From assembly GCA_047495785.1 (NCBI GenBank), contig JBLDXI010000086.1, forward strand, positions 1-19,749: DNA of 19,749 nt, in the 5' to 3' direction. The stretch's first letter is position 1. Each line of letters starts with the position of its first letter. A program made the translations under genes and the position numbers. Positions 1-11,180 of this stretch are shown here, piece after piece. This stretch comes from Lepidodermella squamata (Eukaryota; Animalia; Gastrotricha). Under the pieces are notes generated by a model. It was not told the origin of the DNA, made no database searches, and saw only the letters and a program-made list of their open reading frames with translations.

Positions 1-493
1 CAATGCTCATTCTCCTCACACCCGCCGCGCTTTTCCGACTTTTTTGGCAAACGACCGAAAAGTTCTTCGAAAGCGGACCTGCAATGCCTTGATAGGTATG
101 TATGGAAAGAGAAAACTTCAAGTAAAGGTGCAGGAATGAAAAGTGAATTGGGCGGGGTAAATTGCAAAACGGCGCGAGGAACTTCAGATATTGAACTTGC
201 ACGCGCGTGTCACAAGTTATCGCAGCAAAATTCCTCACATCTGAGTGACTTGCAGTAAGAGAGCGTCTCTGCCCCGTTGTCGATGCCCACAGATGAACAG
301 CCATAACGATTTCACTCCAAACCCCGACTTCTCGTCTGCGGTTCGCGCTCGGCGCTTGATAGATTGCAATTTACTGCGACGAAGAAAAATTGATATTATG
401 TAAAAGAATAATAGAAACTTCAATCCAAATAAAAATTGTTACTAAAATTTAAATAATATTTTTTAGTTTCTAAGGAAGCTTTTTGTCACTCCT

Positions 494-504
494 GTCCTAG
501 CAAC
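494..504 (+). promoter_or_regulatory. Candidate RFX X-box (GTCCTAGCAAC) upstream of CYB5D1
   Basis: CCTAGCAAC is a strong RFX half-site match ~80 bp upstream of the ATG of a ciliary gene. RFX factors are established regulators of ciliary genes. Confidence 0.5.
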
Positions 505-583
505 AAGCCGCTATTTCACATGAATCTTCGATCTTAGCAGCCTCATTCGGTTCTTGTCTCCATCTTCTGCCTGAACGTTCAAG

Positions 584-1392
584 ATGTTCAGATCGAAATA
601 CTTTACTCCGAAAGAAGTGGCGTTTCACAACACGGTCGATGATATATGGGTTTCATATTTGGGAAATGTCTACGATTTAACGCCGCTAGCCCAGCAATTC
701 AAAGGTAATTTCATCGCCCATTCAAAATAGTTTTTCTTATTCCAATTGACCCGCAGATGATATACTTCTCAAACCTTTGTTGGAAAGTGCTGGGAAGGAT
801 ATTTCTCATTGGTTTGATGCTAAAAAGCGAGACGTATGTAATTTTTGCCTTTCGCACCTTGATTTTTAATGCCAACATGTATAGATTCGAAGAAACATCG
901 ATCCGGTGACTGGGTGTAATGTCTATTACTGCCCGCATGGCAGATTCATCCATGTTCCACCACCTTATCCAAGCACTGAGTGGACCAACGACTTTGGCAT
1001 TCCTTGGTGGAGAGATGATCGTTATTACGTCGGTATATTGTCAAAGAAAACGAGATTGATCAAGATTGTTAACACTCTAACATCTCAAGAGCAAGTTCTC
1101 GAAGTAAGTCATTATCCAATTCGGAATTCTATATCTCAACTCCGACTTTGATGTTTTCTAGGTATGCAGCGAAGAGACCATGAATGAAATTCTCCAAAGA
1201 TATCTGAAGTACAATGCCCATGCTGCTAGTTATACGTGGAAATACGACGAAATCAATCTGGATATGAACAAAACTCTCATGGAAAATCACATCCCCGATG
1301 AGGACGAGGAGTTTTACAAACTGGGCATGCGAGACGATGAATTTCTTCAACCAGTGTTACTTTACTTCAATGATGATCTCACTGAGGCGTAA
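584..1392 (+). CDS. CYB5D1: Cytochrome b5 domain-containing protein 1 (axonemal); exons 584-704, 757-833, 885-1103, 1162-1392; 215 aa
   Basis: Manual splicing across GT-AG introns of 52, 51 and 58 nt gives [61 protein letters not shown]...IDPVTGC...GRFIHVPP...[10 protein letters not shown]...[12 protein letters not shown]...[12 protein letters not shown]...[11 protein letters not shown]. These motifs match the CYB5D1 family as I recall it, and the frame is preserved at all junctions. Confidence 0.93.
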
Positions 1393-1512
1393 AGACTTAT
1401 TCAATTCTGCTTTTTATATATCCTAAGCTTCGTGATGAAACAATTAATTTTACAAATATATATCCGTTATTTTACATTTTAGGCAGATATTATATTACCG
1501 TAGTGACTTGAG

Positions 1513-3248
1513 ATGGCGCCAAAGAAGAAGTCAGGAAAGAAAAAGTTGGCTAACATGACCGAGGAGGAGCGGTTGCTCTACTTCGAGCAGCAACGTCTTG
1601 CCGAAGAAGAGAAAGCCAAGGAAAGAGCTGCCTTTTTGGAGCGATATTTAAAGGTAATATCAATTTGTAACGCAAATTTAGTAACAGCTCTGTTATTCGA
1701 TCTATTTTCAGAGCAAACTCGAGGTTGAAGAGAAAAACAGCCGGTTCAACACCAACAAGCTCAATCACCAATGGCGTAACTTCATGCGCGATGTTCGTGC
1801 CAAAGAGCTCAAGAAGGATATTGAAATTCTCAGCCAAACTTTCGAGCGTGTCGTTGACCGCAAGGAAGCTGTTATCCAACTTCTCGAGAAGGATCTCGCT
1901 GATGCTGAAGAGCAGTATGCTATGGCTTTCAGAAGCCATGTCCAGAATGTTGATCGCCTCATCTGTTAGTTGTCTATCAATCCCTTTTACTATTTATTCA
2001 TGTTGTTATTCTCTAGGCATCCAAAATCAAAGGCTAAACACTCTGGAAGACGAATTTGAGATTGAGCTCGCAGTACTGAAGGAAGAGTTTGACACGGAGC
2101 GACAAGTTGTCTTCGAGCGCCATAAGTAAGACTTGAAACTCGAAAGGGTTCGATTTTATAAGTTCTCTGTTTACAGGCAAGAAATGGAGTATCTTAACGA
2201 TGTTCTCTTTGCATTGGAACAACAATTTGCAGACAAGGAATTCGAACTGAGAAATGAGTTCCAGAGCAATCGCGATGAATTGAAGAACAAAAGTGTCGAA
2301 GAGAAGCACGCGCTCCGTCATGCGCTACAAGCGGCGGCTGAAGATTTGTGGAAGCAGTTCAAAGCGGCGATGGAGACCTACAAGAACAACACTGAGGAAC
2401 GGCGGAAAATTTTCGAAAATCTCAAGGAAAAAGACGAGAAAGCCGCTGAAGAAATTGAGCAGCAAATGCGGAAAATTCATCGTTTGAACGAGAAAATCAC
2501 AGCGATGAAGAATAAGCTGGCGGGCCATTCGCGAGAGAATGAGGCTCGTAACAAAGACATCCGAGAAGGACGGGAGAAAATGTCCCGTCATTTTCAAGAA
2601 CTCAAACAGCAACTGGCTAAAATCCGCGAGCAACACAAAGCTGATCTCGGCAATTTAGTCGTCGAATCGAATCAAGCTATCAAAGACTTGAAGAAAAAGA
2701 TCGAAAAAGGTGAGAAAATGCTTCGTTTGGCCGAAATGTGCCGTCGGCTTGAAACAGAGGAAGAAAAAGTTCTTCCTTTCTATCAGACTTCGCTCACTAA
2801 GGAGGAGCAAGAAGATGTCCAACAAGCTCTGGCTGAGCCTCTTTCCGAGCCAATGGCTCAACTTATGCACGACTTCGCTCCTCTTGATAACTTCTGGAAA
2901 CGATCGAATAAGGTCTGCCTCGATAAACTTGCGCTTGAGAAAGAAAGAAGTCAACTGAACGCCGAAAATTCACATCTTCGCTTCTTATTGAAACAATATC
3001 TGGACGGTAATTTTTTCTGGCGGCTTTGAAGGAATTATCTTGACTTGTTTGTTATTTTTTCAGGAATTTCTGTGAATCATGAAGTGCTTGGCGATAAGAA
3101 TCCGCTTTTTGTCGTTAACAATAAGACAAATTTGAGGGTAGCAGCGCCGATTGTACCGGTTGGAGACACGCGAGTTCGAGCCCCAAGCCAAGTTGTCCTC
3201 GAGGGCGCCATCGAATGTCGACAGAAGCAGCTGATGAAACCTACGTAG
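1513..3248 (+). CDS. CCDC65: Dynein regulatory complex subunit 2 (coiled-coil domain-containing 65); exons 1513-1653, 1712-1964, 2017-2125, 2177-3006, 3064-3248; 505 aa
   Basis: Introns of 58, 52, 51 and 57 nt (GT-AG) join the ORF pieces in frame. Diagnostic DRC2 motifs: [60 protein letters not shown]...NPLFVVN. Composition is coiled-coil throughout. Confidence 0.93.
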
Positions 3249-3377
3249 CTTGTTTTAAATTATTGAACGCCAATATGAATAATTCCTTTCCATTTTATCT
3301 CAAAATGTGAATGTACGTTGCTTCATTTGTATGTGATACATTCTACAATCTACATTGTTGCTGTCAATGAAAGATCT

Positions 3378-3383
3378 AATAAA
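3378..3383 (+). terminator. Candidate polyadenylation signal of CCDC65
   Basis: AATAAA ~130 nt after the stop codon, followed by T-rich sequence. Confidence 0.45.
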
Positions 3384-4370
3384 AAAACTTATTTTGGCGA
3401 TTTATTTTTTGAAAATTTTGAGTGAATTGTTGCTCAAGTTTCGACTGCTAACATACAGTGAACTCTCTCCGTGTTACCTCTTTTATCCACTATAACGATT
3501 TCCCTCTTATAGTGATAGCTGAGGGAATAAAATGAAGAAAGTGGGCAATTATGAATTTTCGTAATAATTTACAGTATTTGCTGTAACCGTTCACTTGGTT
3601 TTATCGGCATCAGCTGGCTTTATGGCGAAATCACTCGCTTTAGTTTCCTCCTGGTATCAGAGGCCGAAGGCTGGGGTGTCTCAAACTTTGGCTCGTCTTC
3701 TTCACCAGCCTGAGAAATAACAATTTCCTAGCATTTTATCATTTTTGGGACGCTAATGCAAAGAGTCAGGCGATCAACAGGTGGTGTGGTATACGCAAAC
3801 CTTATCAAAGTACGCCTCAAAGTAAGCGATAGCTGTGCGGCAGAAGATAATTAATAATTACAATAAACTAATTGACAACCGAAAAGTGCAAGCGTATTGG
3901 AGCTTTTTGCATTATATGTTGAACATTGAAAACATTTTTTTCCCATACCAAGATATTGTTTTTGTTATAGATCTTACTCTCCTTTGCTGTATGATTATAA
4001 ATATTTTCTACGTGGAAATAGCTGTTTCAGCTATCGAACGCTTTAAAATGCTCAACTTTCAGCTCTTATTATTAGTTAATGTCGTTCGCGACGCGCCAAA
4101 ATAACCACTTTGATGACTCATTCGATCGTACTTTGACGAGCCGAACGTAAATAAGGAGTACGTTCGGCTTATTTGGGCACTGATCGTAATATGAATTTGC
4201 GTTCAAGGGTCGAACGAACATTCCATAAACAAGCTATAAATAGTAAAGTGGCCTTCAGCGCGTCGCTAACGATGTTTACCTCTTGTGATACTTATTATTT
4301 TAGGAGAGATGTGCCACGTTTTTCAGGGCCCAAGAATTTACAGCTGAGTACTCGTGAAAATAATTTTACC

Positions 4371-5519
4371 ATGAGCGAAGTCGGAAATTGCTCATGCGGA
4401 TCGGTAATCACTTTGCATGCTATTTCTACAGCTTTTACCGCGTTAACTGACGATATTTCGGCTACCATCAACGAGTCGTTTCGAACAGGCTTCAAATCAG
4501 CTACTTCTACCCATCGAGCCATCGAGCCATCGAGCTCTGCGGCATCCGACATGATAGTGACAGTTCACGAGGATAACATGGATATCTCAATACGCTTTCG
4601 CCGAGAATTCGACTCAGTCACGTTCGCAAAGAAAGTCTGTGATATCATGGCTCAACAAGTGAAACCCCAATTCGACGTTAACACCTGTATATTTCTCAAT
4701 TTCTGCGTGCAATACGAACTGGACGATGAGTTGGCACGAGTTATTGGTGATGTCAAGAATGTGCTTCCGATGTGCTTCCTCGAGCACCTTATCAACAAGA
4801 GCATCGAAAATAGCTCACGCATCTTTCCACTTTTGGTCAATAATTTAGGTGAAATGGTGCAAGCAATCTTCGAGAAACGCTTCCGTATCAGGGCTTGCCT
4901 CGTCGCTCTTCGCCGCTCAGACGCCGCCAAAGTTGCTCAGGCTGAAGCCAACTTTAGTTTGGTTATTGACCAATACATGTCTCACCCTCACGACTGGTCG
5001 GAAATGTACCTTGTTCGAAATAGCTATCTAATATTACAAAAATTTTGTTCTGTGGAAATGTGCGAGAAATTTACAGATTTTGCGACATCCAGCCTTTGCC
5101 AAAGCAGTGTGGGACGTGCTGGACACGAGTTGGCTTATTATGCGAATCCTGACAGGGTATCAGGAAACCCTGAGCGAATGAAATGCATCGTGCCCCTCCT
5201 TCGTAGCGGCATAAGAGCGAACAAATTTACAAAATATTTCCAGTGCGATGTTGAATCATTCCAAATCGATCATCGCAATTCGCAAGCTGGCAAGAGGAAC
5301 CTGAGCGTATTTTATGAAATAATGTCACACTGTCACACTTCTGATCAGAATATTCGCCGCTATCGGCTAACCAATGGGAACCTCCAGATGCTGGCGCGAA
5401 CTGCGATCCTCCGCCGATTGCCGATTGGGTACCGCAAGAGACGAGATGCCGTACAAAAACTTTACCTTCCGAAAGTATTGAAGGGCTACCTTGAATTTTC
5501 AGATTTGTTTTATGAATAA
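4371..5519 (+). CDS. Uncharacterised intronless protein with C-terminal SOCS box (putative ElonginBC-Cul5 substrate adaptor), ~382 aa; ORF is open further upstream to 4173, so the start is uncertain
   Basis: Long uninterrupted ORF. The C-terminus NLQMLARTAILRRL...VQKLYLPKVLKGYL fits a BC-box (LQxLxRxxI) plus LPxxLxxYL cullin box. ATG 4371 is in ACCATG context, and AATAAA overlaps the stop (5515-5520). Confidence 0.7.
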   Translation: MSEVGNCSCGSVITLHAISTAFTALTDDISATINESFRTGFKSATSTHRAIEPSSSAASDMIVTVHEDNMDISIRFRREFDSVTFAKKVCDIMAQQVKPQFDVNTCIFLNFCVQYELDDELARVIGDVKNVLPMCFLEHLINKSIENSSRIFPLLVNNLGEMVQAIFEKRFRIRACLVALRRSDAAKVAQAEANFSLVIDQYMSHPHDWSEMYLVRNSYLILQKFCSVEMCEKFTDFATSSLCQSSVGRAGHELAYYANPDRVSGNPERMKCIVPLLRSGIRANKFTKYFQCDVESFQIDHRNSQAGKRNLSVFYEIMSHCHTSDQNIRRYRLTNGNLQMLARTAILRRLPIGYRKRRDAVQKLYLPKVLKGYLEFSDLFYE

Positions 5520-6624
5520 ATAATGATTGAAAACCGTTTGACTATATGTCTTTGATGGGATATTCATGAAAATTTATATATTCATTTATTTGTGTATTTA
5601 TGAAAATTCACCAAGGTAAACTTCAAGAATATAAAAAAATACAAGTTGTCTGTGTTAACGCACCCCAGCGAATACATAGCTTTCCATTTCTTAAGAAAGG
5701 CCCTGAGTCTTACGATCAGAGTTAGGCCAGTGGATGGTTATTGTCGATTCTATTGGGGTTTTAACTTCTATAATCCGAAATCAAGTCACGCGAATCAAAA
5801 TTGGCAGGAAATTCGTGATATACACGACCATTTTCAAGTAGTCTCTGACCAACGTCAAAAATCTTCGACCGCGGCTGTGGCATGATCATATTACCTGCCT
5901 TCATCAACGTTTCTAACCGACCTATTTTTTTTGTAATTTGTCGGCGTGTGATCGTTTAAGGTGGACGAAAGCGACCAATGAGTTTATATCGGAATTACGT
6001 AGGAAGAGTAGTGAGCATGGTGAAAGTTGGGAGGCAAGAGCCGAACACCTCTTGCTCCGAGTTCCCTCGGCCCTGGAAACTTTTCATTCCTATACGCCTC
6101 CCTTGTTTGAGAAAAGCTGGAGCGATATATTCTGATATCTGTTCAAATATTATCCGGAACAAAAAAACCCAATCGATTCTACCATTATTGGGACACCTCT
6201 TGTTTCGAGACATTATCAATGCACTTGAGTTCATTTTTGTTTCACTGCGAACACATGACGGGCCAACGCACACATCAGTCTAGCCAGCTGATTTATCGGC
6301 ATTGTTCGGCAGCCTTTAGTTAAAACCCTAAGGGACTGTAATCACTCCGCAGACATAACGTCCATGTTATAGCTAAATATTTTTCAATAAAATTTCGCTG
6401 TCTACAGCACAACACAATTAAATTGTCCGATGATTGCAACTATCAGTCTGTTATTACCCGCCGCGATGCGACTAATAACTTCGATTTAAGGAACAGATAA
6501 TAATTGCTATTTATCATTATTATCATTTTCGGCTTATTTAGCGACGACGAGTGGCCGCTCGTAAACGATGGTGTCGTTGTGGTGATACATCCGCCCGAAT
6601 GTTTCGAGCGCGCCCAATTACAGG

Positions 6625-6645
6625 GCTGCTGCTGCTGCTGCTGCT
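6625..6645. repeat. (GCT)7 microsatellite
   Basis: Direct reading. Confidence 0.85.
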
Positions 6646-8541
6646 GTTGGCCTTGTTAGCAATAATATTAGCCTGTAATAAGGATGCCCTTGATTTTTAG
6701 CCGCGTGCGCTCAAAACATGCGCGAGTCTCATTTCCTCCCGCGACAAATGACGAACAAAGCGGCCCCACCTCGACGCAGCGGACTGGTACACTAATTGTT
6801 ATCAGGGCAACATCGACTATTATTATCGCGGTCGCGGTCTGATTGAAAGAAACTGCATTATCGTTCCATGATGTCGTATAACAATATCCGGCGCGATTTT
6901 GCGTCGCCCGGGCGTGAAACGGCCTCCGCGTTTACAAATTTCATTTGCTAAACAGGACAGCAAACATGGGCATTTTTATTGGCATGTATTATCGAGATTA
7001 TTTTTATCAAGTCTGATCCGCGCCCTCTATTCAATAGGCCGAATTTTGCTGCCCGTTTTAAATAATTACGTGGCGACAAAGAAAAAGGAATCATAACAAG
7101 AAAATACTCCGTCTGCTCAAGCGACAATTTGTTTCCTTTGTGAACACAAAAATGGCGGCTGGTACTAGTAATTTCCGACCGCTGAATTGTTTTGCGGGTA
7201 CATAATACTAAATAAAAATACAATTTAAAATATTTTGCGAGATATTATTGAGGGCGGAATTTTCAATTACGCGCGCACAAAAAAAATCAGGGAAATTTTC
7301 TCGAAAAAAAAGAGAAAACTCGGTTTTGTAAACACCTTGATGGCCGAACAAAGGAAAAGTGAGGCGTGAAAATCTACTAACTGGCTATTGTTATTTTTTC
7401 GCTACCAGCGTAATTACAATAATAATATAAAAATAAACAATAATAGACTTTTGACTCGCGCGTTTGTTTTCGACTTGTAACACGCGCTTGTTTAGATTAG
7501 GGTTACACAAAAGCTGCGTGAAAATATACCGGCAAAAACGTTGCTTCAAGTCGCGGTCACACGAGCCGCAAGCTAGATTATCACGCCATTATTTAGGCTT
7601 TGTTATATCAATAGCAGTAATAATTAGAATAACACCATTTCGAGAACTTTTAACCAGGTTTTTATCACCCTCCTCCGTCATGTCAGGTTTCGCCCGAAAA
7701 AAAAACAACCAGAATAAAACACGTCATTTTTTTATTGCCATAATTATTGATAATTTCATCACTTTCAATAATAATTACTAAAATTACAATGCAGCTATCA
7801 ATTTCCGAATTTTCATAAATTAACGCAATGGAAGAAATAAAACAAAATAGCTGATATGAGAGAATTCGAAAAAAAATCAAAAGTACCAAGTCGAGATTCA
7901 AGGCATTGACATTAAAAACTCGAAATATGTGCACGTTATACAAGAGACAGATTACTTTTTATACAAGAAATAACACACAACGCGAGTGCCACATTATCCT
8001 GTTTCTAATTGTTGTTAAGATTGCGCAAGCAGGTTTTTTGTCCTACAAAAGCTGCCAGGTATCGCTTCAACACAATAACAAAGCCGGCCGCAATTTGTTA
8101 TAAGACAAGTAGCTGTTGAATTAATTTGTCGTTTTTGCGAATCAATTGTTTTTTTCTCAACCGCGCTAACAATGCTATTAAAAACACGAGAGAGAGCGCG
8201 CGCGTTTATAAATATCAAAAGCGCGCGAGTTATTAAGGTGGTTTTTTTGTGAGAGCGCGCATTGCAGTGAGGCAGAAAAACAAGAGACAAAAACCACCGC
8301 TCGGTTAAGCATTACAAGCGGCACAAAAGCCAATATGATATCAATAAAATAACAATTAATTGTACTACAATAAACAGGCGACAAAACATCCGGCTTTCAA
8401 AATTAATTCTCGAAAACGTGTCATGGTAGTATGAGTTGAGATTGATAATCAAAATTATAGCTCGCAGAAAAGAAAGAGACGCAGAGATCGAATAGGAAAC
8501 GCATAAATACGATTATTGAATGATGCGATATTGTAGTTAAT

Positions 8542-8725
8542 TTAAGACGAGGGCGCCAACAGGCTGTCGATGTCGAAAATGCGGCGTTTCTTCGACGCCG
8601 AGTGATCGTCGATTAGAAGTGATTGACCCGAGTTGGGTGACACAGACGCGACGTTGCCAGCCGCGGCGGCTGCCATCAGCCGGCTCAAATGCTGCAGGTT
8701 TAGAACGTTACTGAGCGACGCTTGT

Positions 8726-8760
<35 letters not shown>

Positions 8761-10001
8761 ATGTGGCTGTTCATCATCGCTGACAACCTCGACCGGCGAG
8801 TTGGACGAATTTGAACTAGTAGGCGCCATGTTATTAGCACCCTGATTTGCGCCAAGCAACAGCCCTAGATTCGCGAAATTTCCGCCGAATTGCGGGTTCG
8901 GTACGGCGAAACCTGGGTGATGAGCGCCGAGCCGCATCGCCAACCTGGCAGCCATGCTTACCGGATCCGCTGCTGGAACCGCGTCGGCGTCGAGACCAGC
9001 GATCGCCGCGCCTCCACCGCCGCTTTTCATCAGCAAAAACTCGCTGAAACGCTCAGCCGGTGACATTGACAGCGACGATTTGACGCCGCCAGACTGCGGC
9101 GACGCCTTACTGCCGCCGCCCTGTTGATCGCAATCTTCGTCGCTGAAGTGCTGCTCGCCACCAATCATGCATTCATCATCATCATCGTCGTCGTTATCAA
9201 TTATTCCCATGTGTTTCTTGATGCGCTTCTGCGCCTTTTTCCGCCGAAAATCGCCGCGTTGAAAATCACTCAAATTAGCCGGATGAATTGCCCAAAAGTG
9301 GCCCTTGCCATTTGCACTTCGACCAACCTGGAAAAATATCAAAATTTAGCATAAATCAATTCGAAAAATCGAATATAACCCACCTTAACGAAGCAATCAT
9401 TTAGGCTAAGATTGTGCCGAATGCTGTTGCGCCAACCAGGCCCGCGAGTTCGGAAGTAAGGATAGTGATCAAGGATCCACTGGTAGATATCGCTAAGGAC
9501 CATTTTCTTCTCAGGTGAGCTGAGAATCGCCATGGCAATTAGACCGATATAACTATGAGGCGGTTTCGGCTCTTCGCGAAAACATGCCGCCATGAGATGA
9601 GGCGCCATCAAAGCCGCTGCAGCCGGATTTGACAACATTGCCGCTAACGGGTTCGGATGTTGTGGGACCGCGTTAGGGTGGTTCAAAACCGCGCCGCACA
9701 TTGCCGAAAACAACTGCTGTTGCCTTTCTTGTTGTTGATAGGCAGCGGCAGCTAATGCCGAGGCGTAAGCGTTTTGAGGCGACATTGCGTCTTGGTTCAA
9801 TTGATTAGCCATCGCTTGCTGCTGTTGTTGATTTCCAAGAGCACGAGAAGCCATTTCGAGGTAGGCAGCCGCGGATAACGGTGCTAACATCGAACTGACT
9901 GAATTCTGATTGTTTTGCGGGTTGTTGTTAGCCGGCGAGTTGGTTGAAGCGCGCGACTCCGGGCCGAGTAGATTCGGGTGAGGCGAGGCGGTTTGAAGCA
10001 T
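8542..10001 (-). CDS. foxQ2: Forkhead box Q2 transcription factor, copy A; exons 10001-9384 and 9327-8542; 467 aa
   Basis: Forkhead domain [61 protein letters not shown]|[33 protein letters not shown], split by a 56-nt phase-0 intron. The signatures [30 protein letters not shown] and [17 protein letters not shown]..DF..GDFRR are FoxQ2-class. C-terminal EH1-like FDIDSLL. Confidence 0.92.
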
Positions 10002-10081
10002 TTTGCTGTTGACTCGAATCGAAAATTAGTAACAAAATGATTGCGCGATCGCAAGGCGATGCGTGTGTGCGCCTCGCGCTG

Positions 10082-10121
10082 TGATTGGTCGGCGCACTGA
10101 AAGGGCGTGCGCTGATTGGTC
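10082..10121 (-). promoter_or_regulatory. Tandem CCAAT (NF-Y) boxes in the foxQ2 copy A proximal promoter
   Basis: Two TGATTGGTC on the + strand, mirroring 17234-17273. Confidence 0.55.
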
Positions 10122-11161
10122 CGATAAGAACACGCAATAATAAAACGTCTAATAAATATTTGTGAGAAATCAAGTTGTGATGAGAAGTCAAAATTTGTCA
10201 AGTGGTTGGAGACGGTTTTTTTTAAACATGTTATATATCTAGAGCTCTTTATTGAGTGTCTCACGCTCTCTCGTCTCGAAATGATAATGAAAAACAATAA
10301 TAGTAAAGCGCGCTTGAAAAAATAGTCAGCAGCCGCTGGCCGGGGGTAAGAAGTGTTTGCTTTGAAAACGTTTCAATATTATTTTTAAAATAATTTGCCA
10401 CTTGCCAACTTTAAAATAATACTAAAACATTAGCTGTAACAAATGACAAATAATGCGTAACAAGTGGCGGCTCGCACGAGCCGCGCAAAATATATGCGCG
10501 CGCGCTAATATATTACTACTACACTGGGCATGAAATCTTTTTTACCGTACCAAAACTAGTAGCGCGCCAGGTGAAAATTGTGTTGCCTGAATTTTTGTCG
10601 TGTTTACGCAAAATAAAGCATTTTTCTTCTTGCTCGTCGTCATCTCTTCAGCAGTAGTAGCAGTGATAAAAGAGAGCGCGCGCGAGTCGTCGGAACGTAC
10701 AAAATGATGACAGTTGACAAATGACAATGCTGCCGATGAAAAAGTGATGAAAAACGGTTTTTCAACGCAACAACGTTTTCATCGCGATGAGAGACTGTTC
10801 GAGTGTTGGCACTAGTCGTGTGATGTTACAAAATTTTTACAGCAGAATATATATACATATATGCGAGCCAGAGACCGAAACACACCGTTAAACATAACAA
10901 ACAGACAATACCTACAAGAAACACACACAACTAAAAACAAAACAGCAAACAAGTAGCGAAACCGGTGTCGAGATTTCGGGTTTTCTGCGGTTGTGGCAAC
11001 TGCGCGCGCGTATCACATTTTTGAGCGCGCGCAACTGGTGACAAATTAGCGCGACGGCCATCAAAAGCGCTCGACCGCGCGTTATTACTATTATTAGCCG
11101 TGTTTTACGAGTTAAAACCGCATGCGAAACCAGGTAGATATTAACGTTTTCCCACTCGCAG

Positions 11162-11180
11162 TAATAATAATAATAATAAT
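11162..11180. repeat. (TAA)6 microsatellite (mirror 16175-16193)
   Basis: Direct reading. Confidence 0.8.

Noticed and set aside
1-258. Open + frame from the window edge (QCSFSSHPPRF...SDLQ*), with AATAAA near 428
   Set aside because: Could be the 3' end of an upstream gene, but there is no recognisable homology or start, so it cannot be supported.
1550-2954. Antisense and alternative-frame ORFs over CCDC65
   Set aside because: Shadows of the coiled-coil coding sequence.
3454-3520. TA-CAGTGAACTCTC...TATAACGA, resembling a Tc1/pogo-type terminal inverted repeat
   Set aside because: No matching opposite end or transposase found.
6030-6058. Small hairpin GCAAGAG-N8-CTCTTGC
   Set aside because: Too short to indicate an ncRNA, with no supporting context.
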